Below are positions 1 through 9,825 of a stretch of 64,000 nt of DNA, piece after piece. A program made the translations under genes and the position numbers. The stretch comes from an uncultured Saprospiraceae bacterium (lineage in GTDB: Bacteria; Bacteroidota; Bacteroidia; Chitinophagales; Saprospiraceae): NCBI GenBank assembly GCA_937997635.1, contig CALLFA010000053.1, forward strand, positions 25,181 through 89,180, read 5' to 3'. The notes under the pieces are model-generated. The model did not search any database. It saw only the letters and a list, made by a program, of their open reading frames with translations, and was not told the DNA's origin. Positions within the stretch are counted from its first letter, which is position 1. Each line of letters opens with the position of its first letter.

Positions 1-674
1 TATGCTCCTGTACACGAACTTGCTTTTACTTCTATCTCTTGTGTTTCGTAAGCGTGCGGCACTTCATCGTTGATCAATTTGATGGTTTGGAAATGCTCAT
101 AGTATCCTTGTACGGGATAAGCATTTGGCTTATACACACACCAATCGATCACAGTCCACTTTCTGATAATTTTTTTGCACCCACCACTTATAGTGAATAA
201 TTGATCTTTATACGTGTGTATCAAGTTAGAACATGAACCTCTAGCATACTGTGGCTCATCATAATAGTTAGGAAGATTTTTTGGAAGAATGTTGGGACTG
301 CAACCTTCTAAGACTAAGCCGTCCCTAGGCCAATAAATTGTTGGTTTTTGGCTTTGTTCACCGACATATATTGTCTGAGTGCATGAGAACCATTTTCCTC
401 CTGATTTATGTTTCCAGATGCGCTCAATGTATCCTGTCTTGCATTCATTGATGTGTCTGTGTACTTCTGGCTCTGGTAAGGTAATGACCTTGCCATAATA
501 ATCTTTAAAGTAAGCAGATCCATAAGCATCCAGATATCGTATATCGGCATCACAATCGAGCCATTTATCAGGCGGACAGGTAATTCCAGTAAATACATCT
601 TCTGTTGATGAATTGCTTAAAAGGGAAGTCGTGCATAGAAAAGCACAGAATAAACTGATTGTTAGCTTGTTCAT
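1..674 (-). CDS. Secreted Cys-rich repeat (adhesin-like) protein; the 5' end is complete and the 3' end runs off the window. It is absent from the supplied ORF track.
   Basis: I hand-translated the minus strand from the ATG (revcomp of cat at 672-674). The frame is open all the way to position 1. It begins MNKLTISLFCAFLCTTSLLSNSS (signal peptide), followed by Cys-containing modules ...CKTGYIERIWKH...CTQTIYV... and ...CKKIIRKWTVIDWC...QTIKLIND. The listed ORF 314..598 is a different frame of the same region. Confidence 0.55.
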   Translation of the reverse strand, partial: MNKLTISLFCAFLCTTSLLSNSSTEDVFTGITCPPDKWLDCDADIRYLDAYGSAYFKDYYGKVITLPEPEVHRHINECKTGYIERIWKHKSGGKWFSCTQTIYVGEQSQKPTIYWPRDGLVLEGCSPNILPKNLPNYYDEPQYARGSCSNLIHTYKDQLFTISGGCKKIIRKWTVIDWCVYKPNAYPVQGYYEHFQTIKLINDEVPHAYETQEIEVKASSCTGA

Positions 675-1328
675 GGTTTTTGAAACTTTAGTCGGTTGCG
701 AATTTAACACCTCAAAATGAATTAATTACATATTGCGTATATAAATAATATGTAAAGTGTTCGTCAAGACAGCAAATTCAATAATCGTTTCTTTGGAGAA
801 TATCATATACATACATTTATTTATATAACTATCTCTATGTCTGCAAGTTATGTTACTATCAGCTAATTTGGTATAATTCCAATAAGTAAAAAACATATAA
901 ATGTCCTTTTCATATGATATGTCGTCGCAATCATATAGCGTTGAATTGTTCTCATTACCCCTCTGAACTAGCGCACGACCATACACCTAATGGATGACGG
1001 TCAACCTGTACCAGCCGTATAGTCAAAGCCCATTCATTCATATACAAGTGCTGCTTCGAGAGTAGAAATGTCTATCGATTGAAGATTGATCTCTTGATAT
1101 GAATTTGGCTCTTCATACCACTTTGTCTTAATAAAAGGTTCAATTAACTGGTCGTACTTTTCTGACAACAAGGATTAACAGTTTGTCTCAACTACTCCAT
1201 ACTTCAGAATTTAAACTAAATGCTTCACTGGTATTTTCTTTTGCACTAATTTGTTCTTCATGGAGTATCAATGTAGCTATTCTTATCGTCAAAATAATAT
1301 GGCCAGAATTATATTCAGCATTTTATAG

Positions 1329-3692
1329 ATGAAAGGACTATTTAAAATAATAAAATGGGTCATTGGCGCGGTCATAGCTCTCATCATTATTTCTATATTA
1401 TTATCGATACTGTTTCGACAAAAAATAGAAACTGCCGCCTTAACACAACTGGATAAAATCACCAACAATCAACTGCAGTACGGGGAGGCCAATTTCAATT
1501 ACATCAATTCTTTTCCATCCATCTCCTTAGACTTGAGTAATCCCACCTTTTATGACAACAATTATGATGCAGCTTTGGAGCTGGAAGAATTTCAGGTGCG
1601 GTTGAATATTTTTAAATCCATCTTCTCCGATCCCGTCATTAGTCGTCTTGTCATTAAAAATGGATCTGTGACATTAAAAGAGCGCAATCAAAAATGGAAC
1701 ATTGAAGACTTGATGACAGGCTCTGGAGCTCCCTCAGAAAATACTGGACTTATCAATATAGATGAACTGATAGTTGAAAATTTTAAAGTCGTTGTCGATA
1801 GAGGCACAGCTGACCAAATTACACAGTTTACTTTAGTGGATGCTACTATGGAAATGAGCAGCGACAATCAACAAGTGAATATTTTTGCCCAAGGTCTGGT
1901 GTCCTTCGATTATGTAATCAATGATTCAGATCATCAATTAATTGACATTAACGATTCTTTTCAAGCTGATCTCAATTATAATAAATCTTCAAAAATTGTA
2001 ACCATAGCTCCGAGTCAACTCGACCAAGGATTAACCTTAGAAGGCTGGTTCAATACGCTAAATTCCAAACGAGATATTAGACTTGATATTCGCAATTGGG
2101 ATATTAATAAATTAAATACTTGGTTATCAGAATCAGAGACTGATGTTGAAAAACAGCTACGAGTCGATGGTAAATTAACAGGGCTTATTTCTTTTGATGA
2201 CATTTCTGCTATCGACTACACACTCTATATAAAAAATGGAGAAGTCATAAGGGGAGATGAACATCAGCTTGTGTTATCAGATATTCAATCTACATTAACA
2301 GGCAACCAAGAAGAATTATCTTTTAAGCAACTCGAGTTGGAAGTTGATGATGAAAAATTAGTTGCAGAAGTAAATTATTCGGTTACAAATAATATGCTTA
2401 CTTTTTTACGTGTGAATGGTAATGTTCCTGCGAAAAGTCTTCATACTCTTTCTAGAGATTCATCATTCCATGACATTAAAGGTGTTGTAGGACTCACATC
2501 ATTTGTCATTACAAATTATCCCTTAGAATCGGAACAGTCAGTATTGAATTATGTAAAGCTAGAAGGTGACATTAAGCACATAAAGTTGAATTCTAATACT
2601 GGCAAAGAGCTCCATATTAAAGAGGGCAACGTAAAAAATATTGGGGAGGAATTTCACTTCGATCATCTTCAAGTAGAAATGGACAATTCAGAATTTGAAA
2701 TAAATGGCCATTATGTCATAGAAGAAAATAGAAATGTCATTAAGTGTTCAATTAATGGAGATAAAATACAAGCAACTGATTTACTGTCATTCAATAATTC
2801 CACAGACACCACAACCACACAATCTAATTTTTTAGCAGACAATAGATTTTACCTCACACTAGATGTTGACAAACTTTGGTTTAATAAAATCAAAATGGGG
2901 AAAGTCAAGGCGAAACTTACAAGCATCAATGATGTACTAAAAACCAATTTCGAAGGCAGGGTGTTCGAAGGTGATGTAAAATCAGAGGGTCGTCTTGAAT
3001 TTGAAAATGGCAACTATCATTATCACTTCTCTATAGATGGTAAAAACATTGATCTGGAAGAATGTTTGGATCAGAATGAAAATTTTGGTCAAGAAGTCAT
3101 TTCCTCTGATAATTTAAAAGGCGACTTAAATACTTTATCCACATTTGATTTTTATTATGATAAAGAGTGGAATTTGTTACCAACAAAAACAAAAGGACTT
3201 ATTTCTGGAGAGATAAGCAATGGTCGCATTCAAGACCTGGAAATGATGACACAATTTTCCAAATTTGTGAACATTAAAGATTTGGAAGAAATCAAGTTCA
3301 CAGAAATAAATAACTACTTAGAAATTAAAGGCAAAAATTTATACATACCCACTATGTTTATTCAGAGCAACGCAGCCAATTTTACCTTAAGTGGTTATCA
3401 CTCCATTGAAAATGTGCAATTGTATTTCTTAAAAGTAAATGCTGGCCAGATATTGGCAAATAAATTTAAAAAGCACGATCCAACTAAACCTCCAAAACCT
3501 GACAGACGAAACGGTATGTTCAATATGCATTACGTAGTCAATGGCACCAGTGAAAGTTATGAATACAAAAGAGATCGCTCACGTGTGAAAGCTGCTTTTA
3601 AAAATGGTGAAGAAAGAAAACGTCTTATTTACAATGAGCTTGTCAGAGAGTTTGGGCAGAACGAAAGGCTTAGGTTTGAGGAGATTCAATAA
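1329..3692 (+). CDS. AsmA-like large membrane-anchored protein
   Basis: 787 aa with an N-terminal TM anchor (WVIGAVIALIIISILLSILF) and a long, beta-rich, N/D/K-rich body. The C-terminal region resembles the AsmA-like C-terminal domain. Assignment is by architecture only. Confidence 0.5.
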   Translation: MKGLFKIIKWVIGAVIALIIISILLSILFRQKIETAALTQLDKITNNQLQYGEANFNYINSFPSISLDLSNPTFYDNNYDAALELEEFQVRLNIFKSIFSDPVISRLVIKNGSVTLKERNQKWNIEDLMTGSGAPSENTGLINIDELIVENFKVVVDRGTADQITQFTLVDATMEMSSDNQQVNIFAQGLVSFDYVINDSDHQLIDINDSFQADLNYNKSSKIVTIAPSQLDQGLTLEGWFNTLNSKRDIRLDIRNWDINKLNTWLSESETDVEKQLRVDGKLTGLISFDDISAIDYTLYIKNGEVIRGDEHQLVLSDIQSTLTGNQEELSFKQLELEVDDEKLVAEVNYSVTNNMLTFLRVNGNVPAKSLHTLSRDSSFHDIKGVVGLTSFVITNYPLESEQSVLNYVKLEGDIKHIKLNSNTGKELHIKEGNVKNIGEEFHFDHLQVEMDNSEFEINGHYVIEENRNVIKCSINGDKIQATDLLSFNNSTDTTTTQSNFLADNRFYLTLDVDKLWFNKIKMGKVKAKLTSINDVLKTNFEGRVFEGDVKSEGRLEFENGNYHYHFSIDGKNIDLEECLDQNENFGQEVISSDNLKGDLNTLSTFDFYYDKEWNLLPTKTKGLISGEISNGRIQDLEMMTQFSKFVNIKDLEEIKFTEINNYLEIKGKNLYIPTMFIQSNAANFTLSGYHSIENVQLYFLKVNAGQILANKFKKHDPTKPPKPDRRNGMFNMHYVVNGTSESYEYKRDRSRVKAAFKNGEERKRLIYNELVREFGQNERLRFEEIQ

Positions 3693-3697
3693 TTTAG

Positions 3698-3737
3698 GTC
3701 AAGTGACAAGTTCAAGTGCAAGTGTCAAGTTCAAGTA
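3698..3737. repeat. Six tandem CAAGT-core repeats with 6-7 nt period
   Basis: The sequence gtCAAGTgaCAAGTtCAAGTgCAAGTgtCAAGTtCAAGT starts directly after the TAA stop at 3690-3692. Confidence 0.7.
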
Positions 3738-4097
3738 TCGGTATTTTCTTTGGCATTGACTAAATCGGAAGGTGTTTCCTGGTATTGCATTCAAGAAATG
3801 TTTCATTTTCATATGTATGGCATTATTGCTGCTGCTTTGATGCAATTGTGGATGAAAAAAGCAAATTTAAAACTGCAAATGGTTTTGTTGCAGAGTTTGC
3901 TGAAAAACCAAAAACCTATTGGACAAGTATATTTGGTGGGACATGTTTTGGGTTGATTAGCCAAATTTATTTTTTCCGAACTTTAGATGCCTCTTGCTCA
4001 AGTAAGCAATAGTAATGTAAGAATTATACAGATGTTAAGCCTAAACTCTATTTAGAACAGCTTTATTCCCCTACCTTACTAATCTCAAATTTTTGAC

Positions 4098-5378
4098 ATG
4101 AAAGAGGCTGCAACAGTATTTTTAATTCTAATTCCAGCGATCTATACACTTATCGTAGGAGAAGCCATCTATGCTTATGCCAAGGGTAATTTCAACTTCA
4201 GGAGCCTTGACACCATTTCTAGCCTAAGCGCAGGGATGACGAATGTCATTAAAAGTGTACTTGGATTAACCATTATCATAGTTGGATACAAATTTTTCTT
4301 TGAGCATTTTGCATTGGTCGAAAGACAGAAAGGGTGGGTTACATATTTGCTTGCATTAATAGGTCTTGACTTTGCTACGTACTGGTATCATCGGTTAGCG
4401 CATCATGTCAATATATTTTGGAATAGACATGTCATCCACCATTCGGGTGAAGAATTTAATATGGCGACAGCATTGAGACAATCCATCTCTAAGTTTGTCA
4501 ACATCAGTGTATTCTTTATGATACCCGCTGCTATTTTGGGTGTGCCTCCAATGGTGATTGCCATCGTGACGCCTTTCCATCTGTTTGTGCAAGTCTGGTA
4601 TCACACCATTCATGTTGGTAAATTGGGTTGGTTAGAATACATCATCGTGACGCCTTCTCAGCATCGTGTCCATCATGCGATTAACAAAATCTATATGGAC
4701 AAGAATCTGTCTCCTGTCTTCTGCATATGGGACAGACTATTTGGCACCTTTCAAGAAGAGTTGGAAGAAGAACCATGTGTCTATGGTGTCACCCGACAAG
4801 TAAAAACTTGGAATCCCATTAAAATAAACATCAGTCATCTGTGGCTACTGATTAAAGATGCATGGCGAGCAGAAAACGTATTCGACAAATTTAGAATTTG
4901 GTTTATGCCAACTGGCTGGAGACCAGAAGACGTCAAAGAAAAATATCCAGTTGTATCAGCAGATCCGTACACGTTTGAGAAATACGATACCAACGCTTCA
5001 TTGGCCATTAAAGTCTGGTCGTGGTTTCAATTTTCATTATTGGTATTCATGCTTTTCCATTTGTTGTTCATGATTGTAGAGATAGGTTCACCACAAATTT
5101 ATATCTATGGTATATTCATGCTCTTTTTTGTGTACAGTTATACAACGTTGATGGACTTGGATGCTTCTGCTATGTGGTTAGAAATCATTAAGTCAACCAT
5201 AGGCATTGGGATTATTTACCAAACTGGTTCTTGGTTTTCCATAGACAGCATGCTTCCGTTTGGCACCGTCATCTTTGCAGCATACTTTATCATATCAGCA
5301 GCTGTTGTTTCCTATTTTGTCCATTTCGACTTAGGTCAGAGGAATGAAAATTTCGGTGGTGAACTAAGCACCAACTAA
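4098..5378 (+). CDS. Fatty acid hydroxylase / sterol desaturase family membrane protein
   Basis: Histidine boxes HRLAHH, HVIHH and HRVHH are present in a polytopic membrane protein of 426 aa with a hydrophobic C-terminal extension. Confidence 0.85.
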   Translation: MKEAATVFLILIPAIYTLIVGEAIYAYAKGNFNFRSLDTISSLSAGMTNVIKSVLGLTIIIVGYKFFFEHFALVERQKGWVTYLLALIGLDFATYWYHRLAHHVNIFWNRHVIHHSGEEFNMATALRQSISKFVNISVFFMIPAAILGVPPMVIAIVTPFHLFVQVWYHTIHVGKLGWLEYIIVTPSQHRVHHAINKIYMDKNLSPVFCIWDRLFGTFQEELEEEPCVYGVTRQVKTWNPIKINISHLWLLIKDAWRAENVFDKFRIWFMPTGWRPEDVKEKYPVVSADPYTFEKYDTNASLAIKVWSWFQFSLLVFMLFHLLFMIVEIGSPQIYIYGIFMLFFVYSYTTLMDLDASAMWLEIIKSTIGIGIIYQTGSWFSIDSMLPFGTVIFAAYFIISAAVVSYFVHFDLGQRNENFGGELSTN

Positions 5379-5386
5379 TCGAACGG

Positions 5387-5947
5387 TTAAAAGCGCTTCC
5401 CAACAGATATGCCAATCAATCCAATCGCTCCTTGGCCGGTAGGCTCTCCTTCCGTACGTACATTCCATTCCCAACCAAAACCAAGAATAGGTCGAATAAC
5501 AATATCAGATGACGTCAAGATGGTGTAGCCAATACTTGCTGTTGGCTGCAATACGGTAATGCTTGTTTCGCCTTCTGTCATCGTATCGACATTGGTCCAA
5601 TCAATATTGCTAAACCAAAAGTCATTCTTAAACTCCAAATGCAAGCCACGAAAGTCATTCTTAAAATAATGCTGATAGCCAACACTAAAGCCTGGACCAC
5701 CACCCACTTCAGTCGTCTGCACCCCAAGGTCACGATGATCGAATGAATTGTAGCCTAGGCGTAAAGCAACTCTTCCGTTGTCACTTATTGCTCTGTCAAT
5801 TGTAATACCTGGAAGTATGCCTGTCGGATACACTTGCAGTTGAATAGAGACATCTGTTGTCCTTTGTGCTAGTGATATCTGCGCAAAAGATATGAGGCCA
5901 ATACCCAATATTATCAGTTGGCTAATTCGTTTTTTGAAATGGATCAT
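5387..5947 (-). CDS. Outer-membrane beta-barrel (porin-family) protein
   Basis: I chose the internal ATG at 5947, which gives the signal peptide MIHFKKRISQLIILGIGLISFAQISLAQ. The protein has an alternating beta-strand pattern and ends in an aromatic residue (...SVGKRF). Confidence 0.55.
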   Translation of the reverse strand: MIHFKKRISQLIILGIGLISFAQISLAQRTTDVSIQLQVYPTGILPGITIDRAISDNGRVALRLGYNSFDHRDLGVQTTEVGGGPGFSVGYQHYFKNDFRGLHLEFKNDFWFSNIDWTNVDTMTEGETSITVLQPTASIGYTILTSSDIVIRPILGFGWEWNVRTEGEPTGQGAIGLIGISVGKRF

Positions 5948-6214
5948 TAATAAGGCGGTTTTATGATTTAACAGATCAATATTAGGAAAAATATTTATGT
6001 GCTCTGGGATATTATTCAACAGGTGCTTAAAACAGATGTCTCACCATTGGCTACTAAGTTGAAAATTTCACGGGTTACGGATAATTGTTTGCAGTGCCTC
6101 TCGAAGGAGGAAGATGTGCTGTCATTACATATTGGGCAATCATGGAATCCTTTATGGATAGGCCTCTTGGGCTACGTTCTACATTACAACCTACACGTAG
6201 ATTTATAAATCAGA

Positions 6215-6469
6215 TTAATAACCATCTTGCCTATGCATCAGCTTTTCTACACTAACGATTTTGATAAAATCATCTATTTCATACAACAGTCTATATACCC
6301 CAACCCTAATTCGGTAAATATCATGTTTCCCTTGTAACTTTTTACAGTTTGTGGGACGAGGATTTTCTGATAGTCCTTTCATTGCTGAGTATATTTTAGG
6401 TACATACTCTTTGGGTATTGTTCTTAATTTTTTCGCCACATTTTTCTTAATCGTGACTTTATAACTCAT
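6215..6469 (-). CDS. Type II toxin, RelE/ParE family
   Basis: 84 aa. The C-terminal motif is IYRIRVGVYRLLYEIDDFIKIVSVEKLMHRQDGY. It overlaps the upstream small ORF by 11 nt. Confidence 0.85.
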   Translation of the reverse strand: MSYKVTIKKNVAKKLRTIPKEYVPKIYSAMKGLSENPRPTNCKKLQGKHDIYRIRVGVYRLLYEIDDFIKIVSVEKLMHRQDGY

Positions 6470-6653
6470 CGAGTAATCCTTCTGTTTTTAATTGCTGCCC
6501 TAATTCTTCTAAGGCAATACTGTCTTCATCCTTTACAGCCTCAACCATTAATGCATCATAAAAGTCTTCCCAAATTTCACCATGTTTTTCTAAATCGATT
6601 TGTACAAAACGCCTCTTATTATTTCGATCTGTTACATATAGTATCCCTTCCAT
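6459..6653 (-). CDS. Putative cognate antitoxin
   Basis: A 64-aa acidic protein encoded immediately upstream of, and overlapping, the RelE-like gene. This is the classic antitoxin-then-toxin order. Confidence 0.6.
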   Translation of the reverse strand: MEGILYVTDRNNKRRFVQIDLEKHGEIWEDFYDALMVEAVKDEDSIALEELGQQLKTEGLLDEL

Positions 6654-6802
6654 TTTAAATTGATTTTACTTTATCAAAGATAACGCTATTTATTTCGTTT
6701 TGATTCCTGGTAAACTTGCAGATTTTGTTAGTTCTTTAGAGCCTACACATGAAACAAACAATATCAGAGGTAGAAAATGTTTTATATTTCTTATAGATTT
6801 CT

Positions 6803-8206
6803 TCACCCTCCACTAACAATCTCCATCAATGTCGCACATATAATCGCCCCATAAGTACCCAATGCATATCCAAGCACAGCCATCAATACCCCTACAGGTG
6901 CAAGCGAGGTCGAAAAAGCAGAAGCTACCACAGGCGCAGAAGCCGCACCACCCACATTTGCTTGGCTACCGACAGCCACAAAGAAGAATGGTGCTTTTAT
7001 CAGTTTTGCCACGATAAGCAACAAGGTCACATGGACAAGCATCCATACAATGCCAATGGCAAACAACCCTAAGTTTTTGAAGACTTGGCCTAAATTCATT
7101 TTCATGCCAATGGTAGCGACTAGGATGTAGATAAAAATACTCCCCCAGCGCGAGGCCCCAATTCCTTCCAGTTTTCTGAATTTTGTAAAGGACAAAATGA
7201 GTCCAAAGGTGGTAGATATAACGATGAGCCAGAAAAAGTGGGACATAAGAGAATTGAGTCGAATTTTATTAAGTGTTTCTTCAAATCCTTTCATAAGAGG
7301 TGTGAGGATATCAGCGCCAAGATGTGAAAGCGCCACGCCTCCAAAGCCTACAGCCATTAGTGCAAATAAGGTTCGGGTAGAGGGCATCTCCAAGATACTT
7401 GCACGATAATCTGCCACACTATTCTTGAGGTTTTCTATCGAAGAATTATCCGCTTTGAGCCACCCATCAATCTTGTCTGAGATGTTTGCACCATACAGCA
7501 AAAATCCCATCCATATATTGGCAACGACGACATCGACAACAATCATCGTCCCGAAGAGATTGTCCTTTACTTCATAGATTTCTTTCATGGCAGTCTGATT
7601 GGCTCCTCCTCCAATCCAGCTGCCTGCCACTGTCGACAAGCCTCTCCAAACATCATCAGGATTTCCACCAATCACATTGGGAGCTACATAGGATATGACA
7701 AGTAAAGCAATAGGTCCACCGATAATGATCCCTAGTGTCGCCGTCAGAAACATGATGATTGCCTTAGATCCTAGCTTGCGTATGCCGCCAAAATCGATAC
7801 CCAAACAAAAGAAAACCAAACTGGCTGGTAAGAGATATCTGGATGCGACGTAGTATAAATTAGAATGTCCTTGTACTGCTTTATAATCAGAAGCAGGAAC
7901 ACCATGCTCACTTAGAAAATCTGTAATGCCATCATAACTCAAGCCTCTTGGAAGTATCAAGTTATGTTGTGCTAGTAAGTCAGTCAATCCATCGGTATAC
8001 CAGTGGGGAGCAATCAAGCCCAATGGCCAGTTGAGTAATGCAGGTATAAAATACGCCAACAATAATCCTGGGACAAACTTGTAAAACTTCGTCCAAAACG
8101 GCGTTTTTAAATGCTCTGTATGGAAAATCAGAGCCAGGACAACAATGAGAATTCCGAATGTAACGGCATCACTTGTAAAGACTGGCGAAATAGAGAGATA
8201 GGGCAT
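6803..8206 (-). CDS. DUF819 family integral membrane protein
   Basis: 467 aa and polytopic. Motifs GSWIGGGANQTAM and GSQANVGGAASAPVVASAF...LGYALGTYG resemble Bacillus YjcL/DUF819. Confidence 0.7.
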   Translation of the reverse strand: MPYLSISPVFTSDAVTFGILIVVLALIFHTEHLKTPFWTKFYKFVPGLLLAYFIPALLNWPLGLIAPHWYTDGLTDLLAQHNLILPRGLSYDGITDFLSEHGVPASDYKAVQGHSNLYYVASRYLLPASLVFFCLGIDFGGIRKLGSKAIIMFLTATLGIIIGGPIALLVISYVAPNVIGGNPDDVWRGLSTVAGSWIGGGANQTAMKEIYEVKDNLFGTMIVVDVVVANIWMGFLLYGANISDKIDGWLKADNSSIENLKNSVADYRASILEMPSTRTLFALMAVGFGGVALSHLGADILTPLMKGFEETLNKIRLNSLMSHFFWLIVISTTFGLILSFTKFRKLEGIGASRWGSIFIYILVATIGMKMNLGQVFKNLGLFAIGIVWMLVHVTLLLIVAKLIKAPFFFVAVGSQANVGGAASAPVVASAFSTSLAPVGVLMAVLGYALGTYGAIICATLMEIVSGG

Positions 8207-8252
8207 TGTATATTATTATAATGGGAAAATACACTTATCTCTACAGCTAATA

Positions 8253-8768
8253 TTAATAATTCTCTTTTAAGTTATTCAAATGATGATGGTTGTGATATGT
8301 CATCCAGAGCAATAATTCTCTTACAGTTAAATTACCTAAAAGAGGATGTGGCAATAGATGATCATCTAACTCCTGCTCTGTCCATGCATCAATGGCCTTA
8401 CTGACTTCATTGCTTTGAGCTTCAAATTGCGAAAGCAGCGACATTTTTTCCGTACGTGGATGTTTATTTCCAGTTGGGACTACATTAGGAGGTATTGCAG
8501 TTAATTTTTCACGATAATGAGCAACAATCGTGTCGTAGTCTTCACTCTGTCTGTTGGATGGTCCAAAACGTTCGATTATCATCGGTTTAGGCAAATTTAA
8601 GCCCATAGTGACCCTTGTAGCTGTTCCCATCAAATGGTCCAAATGTTGACTAGTATCCCATTTTCCTTCAGGACCTTGTTCAAATTTGGCATCATCGTGG
8701 GCTTGAATCCAGTCTATTGTTTCTTGAAAACTGGCAACTAATTTTTGTTTGAGAATAGGAATATTCAT
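8253..8768 (-). CDS. DinB/YfiT-like (DinB_2) metal-dependent four-helix protein; not a polymerase
   Basis: 171 aa with a His-triad pattern (QHLDHL ... TYHNHHHLNNL). Confidence 0.65.
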   Translation of the reverse strand: MNIPILKQKLVASFQETIDWIQAHDDAKFEQGPEGKWDTSQHLDHLMGTATRVTMGLNLPKPMIIERFGPSNRQSEDYDTIVAHYREKLTAIPPNVVPTGNKHPRTEKMSLLSQFEAQSNEVSKAIDAWTEQELDDHLLPHPLLGNLTVRELLLWMTYHNHHHLNNLKENY

Positions 8769-8938
8769 GAATAAATTTTTGAAAACACCACTTATTATAT
8801 AAATAATGAGCTATTCGACAGCTTTTTTGTTTTGTTTGGGCCTTTCCACTTTGATCTATGTTTTTTATAAAAAAGAATGTAATTCATTCATTTATAAGCC
8901 TTTATCTACTGATTTTAAACTTTTTGTCTTAAAAAACG

Positions 8939-8946
8939 TATCTTTG
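8939..8946 (+). promoter_or_regulatory. Bacteroidota -7 promoter motif TAnnTTTG
   Basis: tatctttg lies 38 nt upstream of the ATG at 8984. Confidence 0.3.
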
Positions 8947-8983
8947 CAGCCCTTTGAATGAAAAAAGCTAAACTGCTTCACAT

Positions 8984-9793
8984 ATGAGTAAGAAGAGAGT
9001 ATTGTTTATTACGCAGGAGATGAATCCTTACACAACGATATCGGAAATATCTGAAATAGTTGCCAAACTTCCGCAATTTACGCAGGAAAAAGGCATGGAA
9101 ATCAGAGTCCTGATGCCAAAGTACGGTGTCATCAATGAGCGAAGACATAGACTCCATGAAGTTGTCAGACTTTCTGGAATGAACATAATCGTGGATGATG
9201 ACGATTTTCCGTTAATTATAAAGGTTGCTTCCTTGCCAGGATCTAGATTACAAGTATACTTTTTAGATAACGAAGAATTCTTCAAACGTAAATTTGTCTT
9301 TGATGATGAAGATGAGAAACCATTTGAAGATAATCTCGATAGAATGGTGTTCTTCTGTAAAGGGGCAATGGAGACGGTAAAGAAATTCGGTTGGGCACCA
9401 GATTTGATCCATTGCCACGGCTGGATGACGAGTTTAGTGCCTTTGTATCTCAAGACGGTATACAAAGACGAACCGATTTTTGACCACTCAAAATTGATCT
9501 ATTCTTCATACAGCAATGACTACGAAAAAACCTTCAGTGATGCCTTTTTTACAAAGGCATTAATCAACAATTTGGAGGCTGAACAACTAGATGTATACAA
9601 GCATGGTGGAAAAATAAGTCTCAATGCAGGTGCAATAACATACGCAGATGCCGTTATACAAGGGAGCAAAAAATTGAAGAAAAACGTTCTTGATTTGACT
9701 GAGCAGAGAGATATTCCAAAATTACCGTTACAATCGGCTGAAGAATATCTTGAGGCTTACATAGAGTTTTATCAATCAATGATGGAAGAGTAG
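8984..9793 (+). CDS. Glycogen/starch synthase-like protein (short Bacteroidota form, Glyco_transf_5 domain only)
   Basis: 269 aa. The N-terminus is KRVLFITQEMNPYT, with HCHGWMTSLVPLYLK further in. The gene is followed by a DUF4270-like gene, as in other Bacteroidota. Confidence 0.75.
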   Translation: MSKKRVLFITQEMNPYTTISEISEIVAKLPQFTQEKGMEIRVLMPKYGVINERRHRLHEVVRLSGMNIIVDDDDFPLIIKVASLPGSRLQVYFLDNEEFFKRKFVFDDEDEKPFEDNLDRMVFFCKGAMETVKKFGWAPDLIHCHGWMTSLVPLYLKTVYKDEPIFDHSKLIYSSYSNDYEKTFSDAFFTKALINNLEAEQLDVYKHGGKISLNAGAITYADAVIQGSKKLKKNVLDLTEQRDIPKLPLQSAEEYLEAYIEFYQSMMEE

Positions 9794-9825
9794 TTCTTTT
9801 TTAGTTTAAATCCCTCCGGTAATAC

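Noticed and set aside
726-1328. The 86-aa ORF 726..986 (-) and short open frames up to about 1300. One example is ...SEKYDQLIEPFIKTKWYEEPNSYQEINLQSIDISTLEAALVYE, which might be pieces of a decayed gene.
   Set aside because: The fragments are in different frames, are short and match nothing I can name. I cannot distinguish a pseudogene from an AT-rich spacer without a search.
3750-4012. Two overlapping 68- and 75-aa ORFs downstream of the AsmA-like gene.
   Set aside because: They are mutually exclusive frames with Cys/Trp-rich, unrecognisable sequences. No support exists beyond being open.
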